From NCBI GenBank assembly GCA_030141605.1, contig JAQGDQ010000006.1, forward strand, positions 806,001 to 870,000: a DNA stretch of 64,000 nucleotides. The letters run 5' to 3'. Under the pieces are notes generated by a model. The model was given only the letters and a program-made list of their open reading frames with translations. It did not search any database and was not told where the DNA came from. The DNA comes from Tubiluchus corallicola (taxonomy: Eukaryota > Animalia > Priapulida). Both the position numbers and the translations under genes were made by a program. Shown one piece after another: positions 26,101-38,100 of the stretch (positions within the stretch are counted from its first letter, which is position 1; each line of letters starts with the position of its first letter).

Positions 26101-26768
26101 TTTAATACGCAACAGTTTAGAAGTAACATAGGGAAAAATATCACAATGTTTGTGCTGTGAATAAATTTGTGACACACATTCCTATTATTTTCCGTTTTTA
26201 TGAAGCACTGGATATTTTGGAAAGTAAATGCTCTCATATTTTAACGATGTAAAAACAGTAGGTATCTTCTTCTGCTTCATTCATTTTATAATCTACACAT
26301 AAAACACTGAATTAAGGTGAAAAACAAGAAAGTGCAAAGCCAGTTGACTTGTTTTAATAGTAAATATTACTGTATAAATTTAGTGCATGACATATGTATA
26401 ATAAGCAACGATTCTTAAAAAATATTAGCTAGTGAGTCATTAAAAATTTAATAAACAAAAATAAAAAAAATAGGCGCAACACTAAATTTTATTGGTACCC
26501 AAATGTCTCGCGCCTCAAACAGGCTGGCAGACGGGTCACTGCTTCAAAAATTATTTGCAAAATAACAAATAGGCGTTATTAACAAGTTACACAATATTTA
26601 TGCAAATACACTTGTGCTTAGTGCAACTGGTTCAAGTGGCAATTAAAATAACTGAATTGTATAGCCTAGGAATAAAGGAATTTTTAAATAATTACCGGTC
26701 GCATTACCAAGAAAGATCACACAAGCAAATACCACAATAGAATAAGAACTTAACTTGACAGTATCCAT
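3879..26768 (-). CDS. ADAM17: ADAM17/TACE-like metalloprotease, tandem copy A (divergent), 16 coding exons, ~826 aa
   Basis: Exons (minus strand): 26696-26768, 25766-25892, 24942-25075, 23728-23816, 22651-22754, 21605-21836, 19816-20001, 16799-16937, 16145-16255, 15322-15513, 12143-12278, 10274-10518, 9670-9821, 6691-6769, 4980-5122, 3879-4217. All are GT-AG and join in frame (2481 nt). Motifs: signal peptide MDTVKLSSYSIVVFACVIFLG, Cys-switch FCG, furin site [19 protein letters not shown], Met-turn NFVM, disintegrin EECDAG, membrane-proximal CMHCC, CANDIS-like DPIQRNWRFI, and the ADAM17-type TM entry DNIVGSIVIFSLILWIPASC. Confidence 0.92.
5412..5469. repeat. 29-bp exact tandem duplication
   Basis: caaatataatgtacccactaatattcata occurs twice in tandem. 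Confidence 0.9.
6800..8240 (-). mobile_element. 5'-truncated, decayed LINE (L2/Crack-like RT and 3' end)
   Basis: Minus-strand RT motifs FCDLSKAFNTVNH..LDKLFHYGIRG (~8220-8135), GPLLSLISINDL (from GSILGPLLF), FVDY (from FADD), KWALNSTKTNYILF and FYNCLVLPYLTYC. It carries frameshifts and stops and ends in an AATAAA/(AAT)n-type tail near 6810-6890. Confidence 0.85.
11470..12018. mobile_element. Degenerate hAT-type MITE remnant
   Basis: Clusters of ATCGT/TATCG motifs at both ends and a right terminus CATCCCTA (reverse complement TAGGGATG). The left end and TSD are not resolved. Confidence 0.35.
12330..13116 (+). mobile_element. Possible Helentron/DINE-1-like non-autonomous element
   Basis: Subterminal inverted repeat GTAAGATTCTGCT (12368-12380) / AGCAAAATCTTAC (~13100-13112). 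The core agtttcatggccctagc is followed by an (AAAT)n microsatellite and a short 3' hairpin. Confidence 0.4.
13597..14269. mobile_element. hAT-type MITE with TAGG termini
   Basis: TIR TAGGCCTGAAACAATACA versus reverse-complemented right end TAGGCCTGTAACTATACA. The 8-bp TSD is gttagaat/attagaat (7/8), and subterminal ATCGT repeats are present. Confidence 0.75.
14426..15286 (+). mobile_element. pogo/Tigger (Tc1/mariner superfamily) internal-deletion derivative
   Basis: Perfect 23-bp TIR CAGTCTAGCCTCGTTATCTCGCC flanked by TA (left) and CA (right, probably a mutated TA). Subterminal CTCGTTAnnnCGCC-like motifs are repeated. An internal stub at 14857, MMSLKRKLFCLNPEQKKEIC..TQQEIATVF, resembles the CENP-B/pogo N-terminal HTH. 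Confidence 0.85.
17427..17578. mobile_element. Short hAT-like MITE
   Basis: Ends CTGTGGCATAGCTA and TGGCTACGCCACTG (11/14 inverted match), with a degenerate 8-bp flank ccggtact/caagtacc. Confidence 0.5.
17590..18200 (-). mobile_element. Ty3/Gypsy gag-protease relic with internal deletions
   Basis: KLKAYFLPKKNRQHAWYQFLKM..GDSMTAYAACLR is a typical Gypsy gag pattern, followed by SASLLGRESLMRLEML (retropepsin C-terminal LLGR). Frameshifted, with no LTRs found. Confidence 0.6.
18242..18450. mobile_element. Fold-back MITE-like element with ~57-bp inverted ends, next to a (TA)n run
   Basis: catttaggaaattacatagttaatgaactggtgattctc.. (18242-) is the reverse complement of ..gagaatcaccagttcattaactatataatttcctaaatg (-18450), with few mismatches. 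Confidence 0.7.
20114..20189. repeat. Perfect (GA)38 microsatellite
   Basis: An uninterrupted GA dinucleotide run in ADAM17-A intron 6. Confidence 0.97.
20414..20475. repeat. ~33-bp imperfect tandem duplication, each unit with a CACGTG E-box
   Basis: agtggagctcacgtgctatgataaatgat / agtggagcccacgtgctgtgataaatgat. Confidence 0.8.
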
Positions 26769-26809
26769 CGTATACAATTAATATATTTAAAGCTGTATAA
26801 TTATTTGAA

Positions 26810-26930
26810 TGCCAGGAGCACGTGTCACCAGTCACGTGTTTTTAAAACGCGCCAAAATTAGCCACGCCTTTACATGTTACCATGACGCCGGAACATACGG
26901 TTCGCCAAAAAGTGACCCATAGCAATGTAG
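26810..26930 (-). promoter_or_regulatory. Probable ADAM17-A proximal promoter
   Basis: Local CpG enrichment 40-160 bp upstream of the ATG (26768), with two CACGTG E-boxes, GCCACGCC (Sp/KLF-like), CCGGAA (ETS-like) and X-box-like GTTACCATGACGCC. Confidence 0.5.
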
Positions 26931-29900
26931 TGAATGTACACAACATGGAAAATACATGTACATACTACGTAGCGAAATTCTTATGTATGGATTAGGCAGT
27001 AGCCCCTGTCATGATCTGTTAACTGGCTATGGCCACAATTAGGATCGCAACCAATTTTCCCCACTAGATATTATTGAGCTCAATAATCTTATCATTCAAC
27101 TAAGGGGAAACCTGCTCATTATAACCCACATCTACACATAACTAAAGTACTTCTTTAACCTCGCCTGCAATATAAAATAATCTTTCATTTCACATAATTA
27201 TGGCATGTAAATGTTTTTAAGAAAAAGTATGGACAAGTATTGTATAAGCCTGTAGTGCAGTGAAGGTTAAAGAAGAATGTCTACATGCAATAATGCTGCA
27301 ATGAATATTTTATGTATAGTTGCCAGTTTGACACCACGTTGAAATATTTGATGATATTTTGTGATTAGAATGATGATTGAGATCTGAATCTGTCCTGAAG
27401 TAACTGTAACTATTATCCAATGTTAATAGAGACTATTAATTTTTGTTGTTATCTTGATATGCGATGTGTGCTTTTATGTGCATATTTTTACTTAATTTTC
27501 TTTCTTACACTAATAAATGAATTTTGCAAAATGCTCTAGCTGGCCATTTAACTCAATATCATAGGATCATACCTATGTGTCCTTTTTATGTATTAGATTT
27601 TCTAATGCCTTTGCAGCTCAATTGAAGACCATCGCAAAAGCAATGCAACTATACAAAAATCTATAATGTGCAACATTTCAAAAGCTATGTAACTTGTCAG
27701 TAATTCTTTGCTGGGAATCATACACTAAAATTGCTTAACAATTAACAGTCCAGGTTGCAGCTAGTATGTATGAAAATGCATTTTACTTTTACTGTGGGGT
27801 TTCATTACTTTTACTGTGAAATTTCTTCATTTATCACAACCTGAATGAAGTCTTTTAAAAAGAAGATCTGGCATTAGCACAAGCTATAGTGCTGTAGTTA
27901 TTAGTTATAGAGCTTCATAATTTGTATCTCAATTATTTTTATTGCTAGTAATTTTTTATCCCCTTCTTTTGAGGCTATAATGTCATACATTGTAATTCAT
28001 TAACACATTTCCTTTTCACCATTTCATACTCATGGTAACGTAGGGAACGTAGAATGAAATAATTTAAAGATCCATGACTTTAAAGGCAGCAGAAAAGAAG
28101 AAACGAAAAATGAAGCTTTTGATGTTAGTTACACGAAATAACGCAAACTGTATGCTAGGGCATAATAGTTGCACATTCATGGCACATAGCTATATATGTT
28201 CACCATTACCCACACAGCAACACCAGAACAATCTAAAGATTTCATGATTTCGTACAAGTGAACGTAAACATCCAGATCTGTATTATCAGTTATTGAAGTA
28301 ATAGAAATATTTGTGACGTCTTTTAATAAGGAAAAAGTAGTGCACATAAATTGTGTTGCCATAGGGAAATTTCTTACATAACCTCGAAAAAGAGACCATA
28401 ATATATGAGGTGAAATATGCCAAATATATCTTAATTACCATTACGCAAGCCTGACGAACTATACCAAAAAAATTCCACTTGACAGCTGTCCCAGCAGTCT
28501 TGAATTGGCCACTTCTTAGCTAATTATTGCTAGATCAGTAGTTGCTCATACTTTATGCCACGGATATAAAAGTAAAAGAATATAATTACAACTCTAATAA
28601 ATACAGAAATACATATATGTATCAATGCATAAATGCACATTTTATTGCATTTACTAAATCAGTTAATGAGACTTGAAAAGTTACTTAACACGAAACAATG
28701 TTAAAAATAAGCAGAATGTAAACAAAGATTGAGACATTCATTTTTAATTTTCATACTTCAAGAATACATGTATTATACATTAGTTGAAAAAGACAACGTT
28801 TTAGCAAATTACATAGCATGCTTTACTGTGTTCCAAACTTACATTCCTACATATACACCATCACATAATTTATGTACACGATTGTGCTAAAAATTCCTAA
28901 GAGATCGAACTCAATTTCTCACTGTTTTACTGGAATTTTTTCGCCAAACCTGATCAACAGAAACAAAAATAAAATTTAAAGCTCATAAAATCTATACAGT
29001 TCTTTCCTTGCTTTGAAACCACAGAGCTATAACAATTAGAAGCTCCTATTGGTTATAAGTACACACTCAAATTTTAGTCCTAATGCTACCAAGCAACAGT
29101 TTAATACACAATGTAATATGACAATAATTTATCCTATCCAAATGGATAAACATTAAATCGTAATAATAGGTCACGTATCGTTTATCTGCCCTACTTCCAG
29201 AATTTGCATCGGTATGAATGAAAAAACGTATATCTTATTACAGCAAATAATTAGTAATATCACAGCATATCAGTAATGACACACGTTTAACTATGTGCTA
29301 ACACAGTAGAAAAAAATAGCACCAAGTCACTAAAAACTACATTATTATTATAGGTTAGAGAGTAGGTTTACAATGGAAAGAAAAATGAATTGTGACAATT
29401 AGTAAACTAAATGTGTAAAAGCATCTTAATTACCTACTTGCAAAAGCATTTTGTTCAAATATGCAGATTACAGACCCTATACAAAAGATTACAAATTAGT
29501 ATCACAAGTTATCCACCTTCACATTTTCTATCATACACTACAGTGCACATTTATATTATTATCATCAGACAAATTGTTTGATCTGTTTGTGTGCTAAACA
29601 TAAACAATTACAAACTAGTATCACAAGTTAATTACTACTTTTTAATCCTGAACCACCACACCAACTGTGAGCATCTACTATGACAGTATTAATTACTAAA
29701 ATATTTAATTTTTGCATTGTACACCTAAGACCTATGTTTAAATATATACATTTTATATATATTGTATACTCTGTTTATTGCACATTCTGCATTTTATCTA
29801 TCTTGTTACTGTCCAGACAATATCGCAAATTATAATACTTAAAATTGTCATCCATAATATCTGCAATTACAACAATGATTTGGATGTTTATTAAAATATT

Positions 29901-32183
29901 TATAAGCATTATGCCATAATGCATGTTACTATAACCACAAACATCATGCTACATTAAGCGATAGGCATGTATTACACATGAGCATGAAGGCACACCCTCA
30001 ACATACACATACACACATAACTACCATATATAAAACAAATGCACTGTAACATTAAAATAAAACCCACACAAGCAGCGACTGACTGTGTCAAACACTATAA
30101 TATTATGACATAAGCACAAAACTATATCACAACCTAACAGTGAATGTCATTGCAATTGAAGTTATGCAGTGCCACGACAGTAAGCCAAAACAATCTAATT
30201 ACAAGCAGTAGTGATATAAAACAGTTCAAAGGATGATTATTATTATTATAAGTGAATTTCATGACTAACAAAAGCATTCTACAGTGACTGCTTATAAACA
30301 TTTAGCATGCTAATATAGAAAAGCAGGAAAAGGCTGATAACACTATTATATTTATTAACATAAATAACCCTGAGATGTACTCGCAAAATGCTGAGTAATT
30401 TATTTTTAAAAAGTAACAAGTGCATGATACCATTTGTTAGAGCGAAAAGCAAAGCAAACATGTTTACTCTTGGATTAGATAGCTGCAAAATGAATTGCGC
30501 AAGGTGGTTATTTGCAATGCAAAATGGAACTGAAGAACTATGAAACTTGTACGTTCACAACAGGAACCTAACACGATTATATCTTTGTTATTCTTCAGTG
30601 AAAGTACAAATATTCTTAAAAACTGCGCCTTTATAAATAACATTATATTGCGGTAACGTTTTCACACCTGCTATCTGAAAGAAATCTTAGGCTACCAGAA
30701 CTTGTCACATCATACTCTCTTTTCTATGTTTACTATTGTGTGCAGTTTTCTAAACATTTTTATCAATTTGTTGCACCAGTCATCTTTAATTAATGTCTTA
30801 AAAAAAGAACATTGCTTGGTCAGCCATAACAATGCACACATTGCAGTAATATGCGGACAGAGGTAAAAAAATGCCAAAAAAGTCAAAAATGACTCTTTGC
30901 CAAATATCAAGCTTGAGCATGATCTTTAAATCACCGTGGAAATATCATTACATGAGTCGATGGGTTTTTCCACATCGTTAGGGTCACCAATACCCTTGAA
31001 CAACAGGGCACGCTCTAAGCTGATAAATGAGCACATACTTTTAAAAAAAATTTATAACAATTCTATATCATATGAACTGCGTGATTTCTCAAACGCATTC
31101 AAGAAATAATTCTGAGTATAATACTAGACTGCGACTTTACTTATCTTAGATTAGCTCAATCAAAGTTTATTGTTCACCGTAAAACTTATGATGTAAATTT
31201 AGAATAATTGCACAACTTTTAGCTAAATGCAAAAGTGGGCTACACAGGTGAATTTACAGTAAGAACAGCCATGATGAAATTGGATAAGTAGATTTACAGC
31301 AACATCCATGTTATTATAGACTTTATAATCTTTCTAAGTCTAAGTTTTTCCAGAACATTAATGTGCTTTGTTACTAATTGTCGAAAAAGGTATCATTTCA
31401 CCTGTAAAATATTACTTGTAATATGTTATTAAGCAGTACGTTACACATACTGCACTACCAGTAATGAAATGTAAATGAAAACTCTCTGTATAGGATTAAA
31501 CAGCGTGTATTTAAATTAACAAACTGTGAGCAGATTTATCTAGCCAAGCTAATTTTTGGATTAGCCATTCAATGTTAAACAAATCACAAAAATACAATTT
31601 TCAACCATTGAAGCTTGCATTATTAAAAAACACAGGCCAGTAAAATTTGCTAAATATAAAATAAATATACTCTTAACAAATTAATAAATATACAGAATTA
31701 TCTCAGCAAATACAAGCATCAGTTTTACTTTAGTACGACAGAAGCACAAGCTATCATAAATTGAGATTCTGTTTCAAAGAAAAATGAACATCATTATGTC
31801 ACAGTCAATTAATCACTAGATTCTCAAATCTGCTGTATCTCAATGAGACGATTAAACAAACAGAAAAATCCATTTTGAATTGTATGGTGCTAAAATGCAT
31901 TGTACTGAATTGTGTATAATTGTATTGTACTGTACTAAAAATGCTGTTGACAAAAACTGACCACGTGATATGAAAATCGCAATAAAAATCATACCATAAC
32001 AGAACAGGCACAAGAAAAAGAAAGATACCTAAACAATTACATGATAAAGGTAGATGAGAAATGAGAATCAAGCTATTAAATGCTACAGCATAACACATTT
32101 CACGTATTCACAACCAAAAATTCATTATGCTCTCATTGATCTTGTTAACTTTCTCAATGACATTGACAATATTATTTGTGTAC

Positions 32184-35100
32184 CTAATTGTAATCTGGAG
32201 GTGGTTCTTCTATTATATTGCTAAATGGTAAGATTTGATTCGTTCCAGCTGACCTCGGTGTAGGTCTATTTCGTAACGATCGAACTGTTTGATTGCCAAA
32301 ATTTCGAATCCTTTCGTTTTCGCTTCCACGGATAAGAGTCGAATTCTAAAAACAAACAGTAGGAAAATACGGAATGCTCGCACACAGTTTTTTAACAGCT
32401 TAAAATTGTCTAAACTAAAGTGTTTTTCATTTGTTTGTAATAAGCAAAGGTATAAACAACAGTTACTTCCTAAAATAAATACCATTGTGTAAATTTTCTG
32501 TTTAAAGCTGTACTAATCGTATTTGGCTTAAGTTCCGATTTCTATGATTTGACAAGCAGTAAGCTAGAATCCAGGATTCAGTGGCAGCTAGGCCTACTAT
32601 TAATGTTGAAACGTTGGGCAGGAGCAGAATCTAGAGCTCACTACCAAGGATTCTCTTATATAAGGAGTTGTTGAAATGGCTGAAATGTTTAAACTAAGTT
32701 CAGATTTGTTAATATACTTCGTCGACGAGAGAAATGAAAACTGAATGTGGCAAATGAAAACACAGAAAAGCAATTTTCCTGGACGTTGTCCATATATTGG
32801 TAAATCAGGCCCTTGCACTACTTAACCTTTGTAGCTAACACACACTGACCAATTACAGGCCCTTGCACTACTTAACCTTTGTAGCTAACACACACTGACC
32901 AATTACATATTTTTCACACCTCAAAAAAAGTTCTTGTGTAAGGAAGCAAAATAGACAAAAACTCTGCAGGTGGTCATGGCTCATCAGACAAATCTATATT
33001 CTACTAGCAATTTCAGCAAGACACACCATATTAGCAATTTAAATAAGCAAAAATGACACTTACATCTGGTTTTCTCCAACTTTCTTCTTCTTCTGATTTC
33101 TTCTTTCGTTTATTATCCACATAATTGATAACACAACTGGCGGGGATCCAGACAATTAGCGACAGGATCAGAACAGTACCGACAATGTTGTCATGAATAA
33201 ACACAGCTACAATGGTAAAACACGGTTCAGCAACTAAACATATTTATGACTGTAACTGTGAACAGGTATTCCATCTCTGTTTGTTCCAGTTAAAAATTTA
33301 TATCCTAATTGGTTTGCCACTACACTCATTTCACCTAAAAGTCATGACTCATACTGCTTAACTAAACAGGCACACTGCCCTTATAATATTATATATTAAA
33401 TTTTTTAGTGATGTTAAAGCAATGGTACAAGAAAATAACTTTGTGTTGAAGAAAATGCACCCTACGCTGTGGTTTAGTTCATGATTAGTTAAGAAAAACT
33501 ATCAAATTTTATCAAGTTCTTCGATAAATAGTTCCTCTATAAGCACAAAAATGCAACTGCTATACTTTACACCATATAGTTACTGCAGACATAAGCATTA
33601 AGTAACAAGGTAAAACGTTCAAAAATTAAATAAACACAGAGTTTTACCAGCTAAAAATGCTAAAAGAAAACCTCTTACTTATATAATCAATATCAAGTTT
33701 AACAATGATGTCCCAGAATCGTTGAATTGGATCAGGTGTTGTCTTCTCACAAACTCCCTGTCAAAAAACAAGAGTGAAACAAACTTGCTTTTTTTTATTA
33801 TTCAACATTGTTTATCGTTAAAAACACAGCATAAACACTTATAACAGGGGATGATATAATGAGTCTCTAATTATTACAAGGTAAATATCAAAATAGTGTC
33901 AAATGTTAGGCTTAAATAATGTATTTAAACCTTGCTTTCAGCGAGCTCCAATATTACCAGTTTTTGCTTATACCGAGGCAATTTTACTGACCATGATTGT
34001 ACTTCCCTTGCATATAATGAGCGCGAGTTCTAAAGCAATAGGCAAGTTGGCACCATACACCAAGGGCAAAAAGGTCAGGTACACCATACAGATTAATTTA
34101 TTGATTTTGCACAAAACAATGTTTATCAAGTACAGCACATGCAGGTGCGGTTACAGTCAGAATGAAGCACGCAGGATGACTCAGTCATGAAAGGAACCAG
34201 TCTGTCAACATGTTAGCTTAAATGACGCAGTTAAACTGTTAAACTTCAGCAATTATTTGAGTCATCACCAGCAACTGATGACAATGTGTTCTGATACCTT
34301 TCAAAACTTTCCACTCCTTGAATAAAGCTGTGGTGCGAATTTATGTGAACCAGACGATAATAACTGAGTTTTTTCAAATAGTGTGACTTTTTGAAATTTA
34401 ACTTTCAATAAGGATACTGTTTTAAATAAATATGTATCGCATTAAATAACAAGTATGCTAGCCTAAATGGGGGTAGTTAGAGCTTGTAATGCCCGGGGCC
34501 AATGGAATTCTAATGTATCTGTGCAAATTCCTTACACCACTTATATGGAGATTCTTAATCTTTACTTGGTGTCAGAATGCACACATAATGAATGACCTTG
34601 TGTTGTAGAATAAGGCTATCCTACTTTTCAGGCACAGTTACCAATCCTCCAAATAAAAGTTTGGAAAAAATATCTACTCTGCCAAACCAGCAAGAACCAT
34701 TGATGCAATTCCACATTACAAGTAATGTGAATACAAACATAGCAAAGTGTTTTGTCAGTTTATCAGATGCCAGTCACATTTTGCTAGAGAGCGAGACTAA
34801 CAATTGAAATTTATAAAATCGATTAGAGTTAATGCCTCATCAAAGAGGATGGTATACGAACAATTAAATCTCTCCCTAAAGCCATCTGTGATAGATTACA
34901 ATACTGTTGAAAAATTTGTTGTAACTGTCACTAGAATGAGACTCCAGTGTATGAGACAGTGAAAATCTAAACAGGTAGATCAAATTACCAATCAGGTGAA
35001 AGCAAACTGGGTGAATGTGGTGCAGTCCAGACTGAAGAACATGTTTTAACTACTTGCCCAAAAACCAAAAATGTTAGAAACCAGTTCACGAATGTTAATT

Positions 35101-38100
35101 TTTATAATATTACTGAAAGCTTTTGAAAGTGAACGTGCATTTAAAATTTGTTATGAAGTACTGAATTTATTTACCGATTGATTACTTAAGACTAGGCCAC
35201 CGATTTTTGTCGAATAAAAATGAATCATCCAATCCATAAAGTTCAACCAATTCAAATGGAGATTATTCTTAGGCTTTGTGGGTAATATCCTTATGTTGGA
35301 CTATATTTATTTTTCTGGTTACCATTTGTTATAGTGTATTAGTCTGGAATTATATAAACTTATACTCAATAAACTGACTAACTAACTAAATATACAACAA
35401 TATTAAATCATCAATTATCATCTTCCATAAACAGGTTTCATAGAAAATTAAATTGTCAGGTATTTTGCTTTTCTACTGCTCTGGCAGAATCAACTTTTTT
35501 CAGTGCCACCTAGGGCAGACTCCCTACCCTTTAGCCACTGTAGCCAAACTGTAGAGTTGGTTCTTAGATAATGTAAGGCCATGCAGAAATCCTCATAATC
35601 ATAAATTATACTGTGCCTGCACAGCTATTTAAATAAAAACAAGCCAGGCTTTCTGCAAAACACACTCAGCTATCAGCAGATGTCACAACAAATCACAGCT
35701 GTGGTTTAAAAAGCAGGTTGTGAGATGGTTTCATGCAGGAATTTGCTGTAATAAAATACTGCGTTGACCCTAAACATAACAGAGATTAAATACTTCTCAT
35801 GTGATAAAATAGTTACTAAGCAGTTGCACTCAATAAGAAACTTGTGCCAGTCTCAAAAGAAAGTGCTCTTTTCATCATTGCATCACATCTGCCTTATAGG
35901 CTTCATTTCTATCGAGTACATACACTCAAACAATTGATCTTGGCTATAACGAGACTCATTTAAAAAGTGCAAGTTTTCCACGGTCGTTGAAACTTGTTAC
36001 AAGTGGACTAGCTGCTAACTGCAATATAAACATACTTATTTACACAGTTTTGCATCGTAGTTTCTAGTAATCCAACGAGCTAACATTCTAAATCACTGGG
36101 AAGTAAAAGTAACAATTATATTATCATTACTGCCACCTAAAATCCTAAAATATGTAATGAAAAAATGTAATTACAGCCAATTATAAAATAATCTAGTTAT
36201 GTTACATACTTCGACATTGCACGTGCCCTGATTGCAAGGTTGGCCAGGCCTGACTAATATACCATCTGGGTCTTTGGCATCAACGTATTTGTTGCAGACA
36301 GACGTCTCATTTTCACGACAGCATCTCTTGCAGCCATCGACTATAAAGCGTAAATGAAAAAATTACTGATCCACATTAATTTTTTTTACTTAAAATATTA
36401 TTACACTAAACAACAAACTATAAAAGAACAAAGTCCCAAATAGGAGTGCACAATTGATGCTACTCTTCCAGAAACGAACAATTAAATACAGGTTTTTATA
36501 CATTACGAATTTTATATAACACTTATATGACAAACATACCAAAAGGATAAAAGATGTAAACAAAGTTAGGTAAAAATTACATAATCTATCAAAATATAAG
36601 CAAAATGCAGCGGCAGCTCATGAATTGGTACTGCGGAACTGCGGCACCCCTATTTTCATGCGATATTATCGATGACATTCAATGTAATGAGATTTTTTTC
36701 TTTAATTCTTTCTTCACACTTGTACATTATATAATTCTTAAACTTAACGTCAGTAGCCATCCCTAGTTCATGAAAAAATTACAAAAATTGTTGTATGTAA
36801 CAGTTGTGGTGTTTGGCTGTTGTGCGCATGGCCACGTCTGAGATAAGAAGCTGCACGTTAGGCAGAGAGCACTGTTGCTCATTTGCTCATGCAGTGCCCA
36901 CCTTGTTGTGCAAATGCAAGGTAATTTTTTTTTTGATTCAGCATGTGTTGTGCGTAAAACCGTGTACCATATTCTTGAATATGATCAGCACCCTCACTAA
37001 TTTTAGCAATGAGCTGCTACTGGTAAAATGTAATGCTGGACATAACTTATGTATTTGGCACAGACATTAAAAATGAAGTTTGCCACCAACCTGGTGAGAA
37101 CTTTAGAATAGAAAGTCAGGAAATGATGGAAAATCAGGAAATTTCATTAAACCTCTTTGCATTTCAATTAACTTTCAGCTATAATGCACCACTTGAAAAG
37201 TTTTTTCAGTTATACTGTACTTTTAAGTGCCAGTGGTAATAAAACCACGACTGCCGATTTCGAATCACTGATTACTGCCAATTTCTGATTATCTGTGGAA
37301 GATTGCACCTTGAATCTAGTTTACATTTGTTACTTATTTAAACACAAAAATAAAATGTAAAAATTCACAGTTACTTCTGCATTATGTAACAACTATTTTT
37401 GGGTGTAACTGTTGTAAGTTTTTATAAAACTACTTAATCGTTTATATTAATTTTATTCCTAAATTTATTGGACGGCATTGAGAAAAATTCGAAGAATAAA
37501 AGTTACCAATACCTCCATCACAAATGCAGGACTTTTTTCCAATTTCTGGAATTTCACAGAAAGGCAGGCATATGCCGCCCCAACACTGTCCACCATCCAA
37601 GCAGCTTGTTCCATTTTCTACAACGCCGGGAGTAGGACATTCAGCACTAAATCCGGTGCACATGGAATCACTTTCACAGATTGCATCAAGATGGCTAGCA
37701 TTTCTGCAAACCTGTCCGGAGGGTGCCAAGTAACAGTTTTTGCAACACGCTGAATTCTGATCACTGCAAAATCATCACTATGTTAAACATATTGAATTGA
37801 TTCAGAGTTAGGTTATATTCATCAGCAGACATTAAAACAGAAAGTAGCTAAGTGAAAAAAGTCAACTAAGTCAAAAAAGTAACTAAGCCAAAAAAGCTAC
37901 AACCAGCAACAACTGCAACAGCTGGCTGTTGTTGATGGTCATTATTTTAAAGGTAACGTTGTAGCTGACACAAGACCTTATTCCTATATTAGCAATCATG
38001 CAATTCTGTGCTTGTAAGTACAGGAAAGAGAAGTTTTGCAAAATGCCTGGTAATAAAATTAACCAAAGAAGTTTTGCTTACTGACACTGATACAATGTTA

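Noticed and set aside
26950-32100. Short ORFs between the two ADAM17 copies
   Set aside because: Low-complexity AT-rich translations with no motifs or consistent splice structure. Probably 3' UTR and intergenic DNA.
32213-32485. ORF-track protein as the ADAM17-B tail
   Set aside because: Wrong phase. The phase-0 frame from 32345 aligns with copy A's tail.
32806-32907. Direct repeats as a possible CRISPR array
   Set aside because: Only two abutting units with no spacers, in a eukaryotic intron, with no cas genes.
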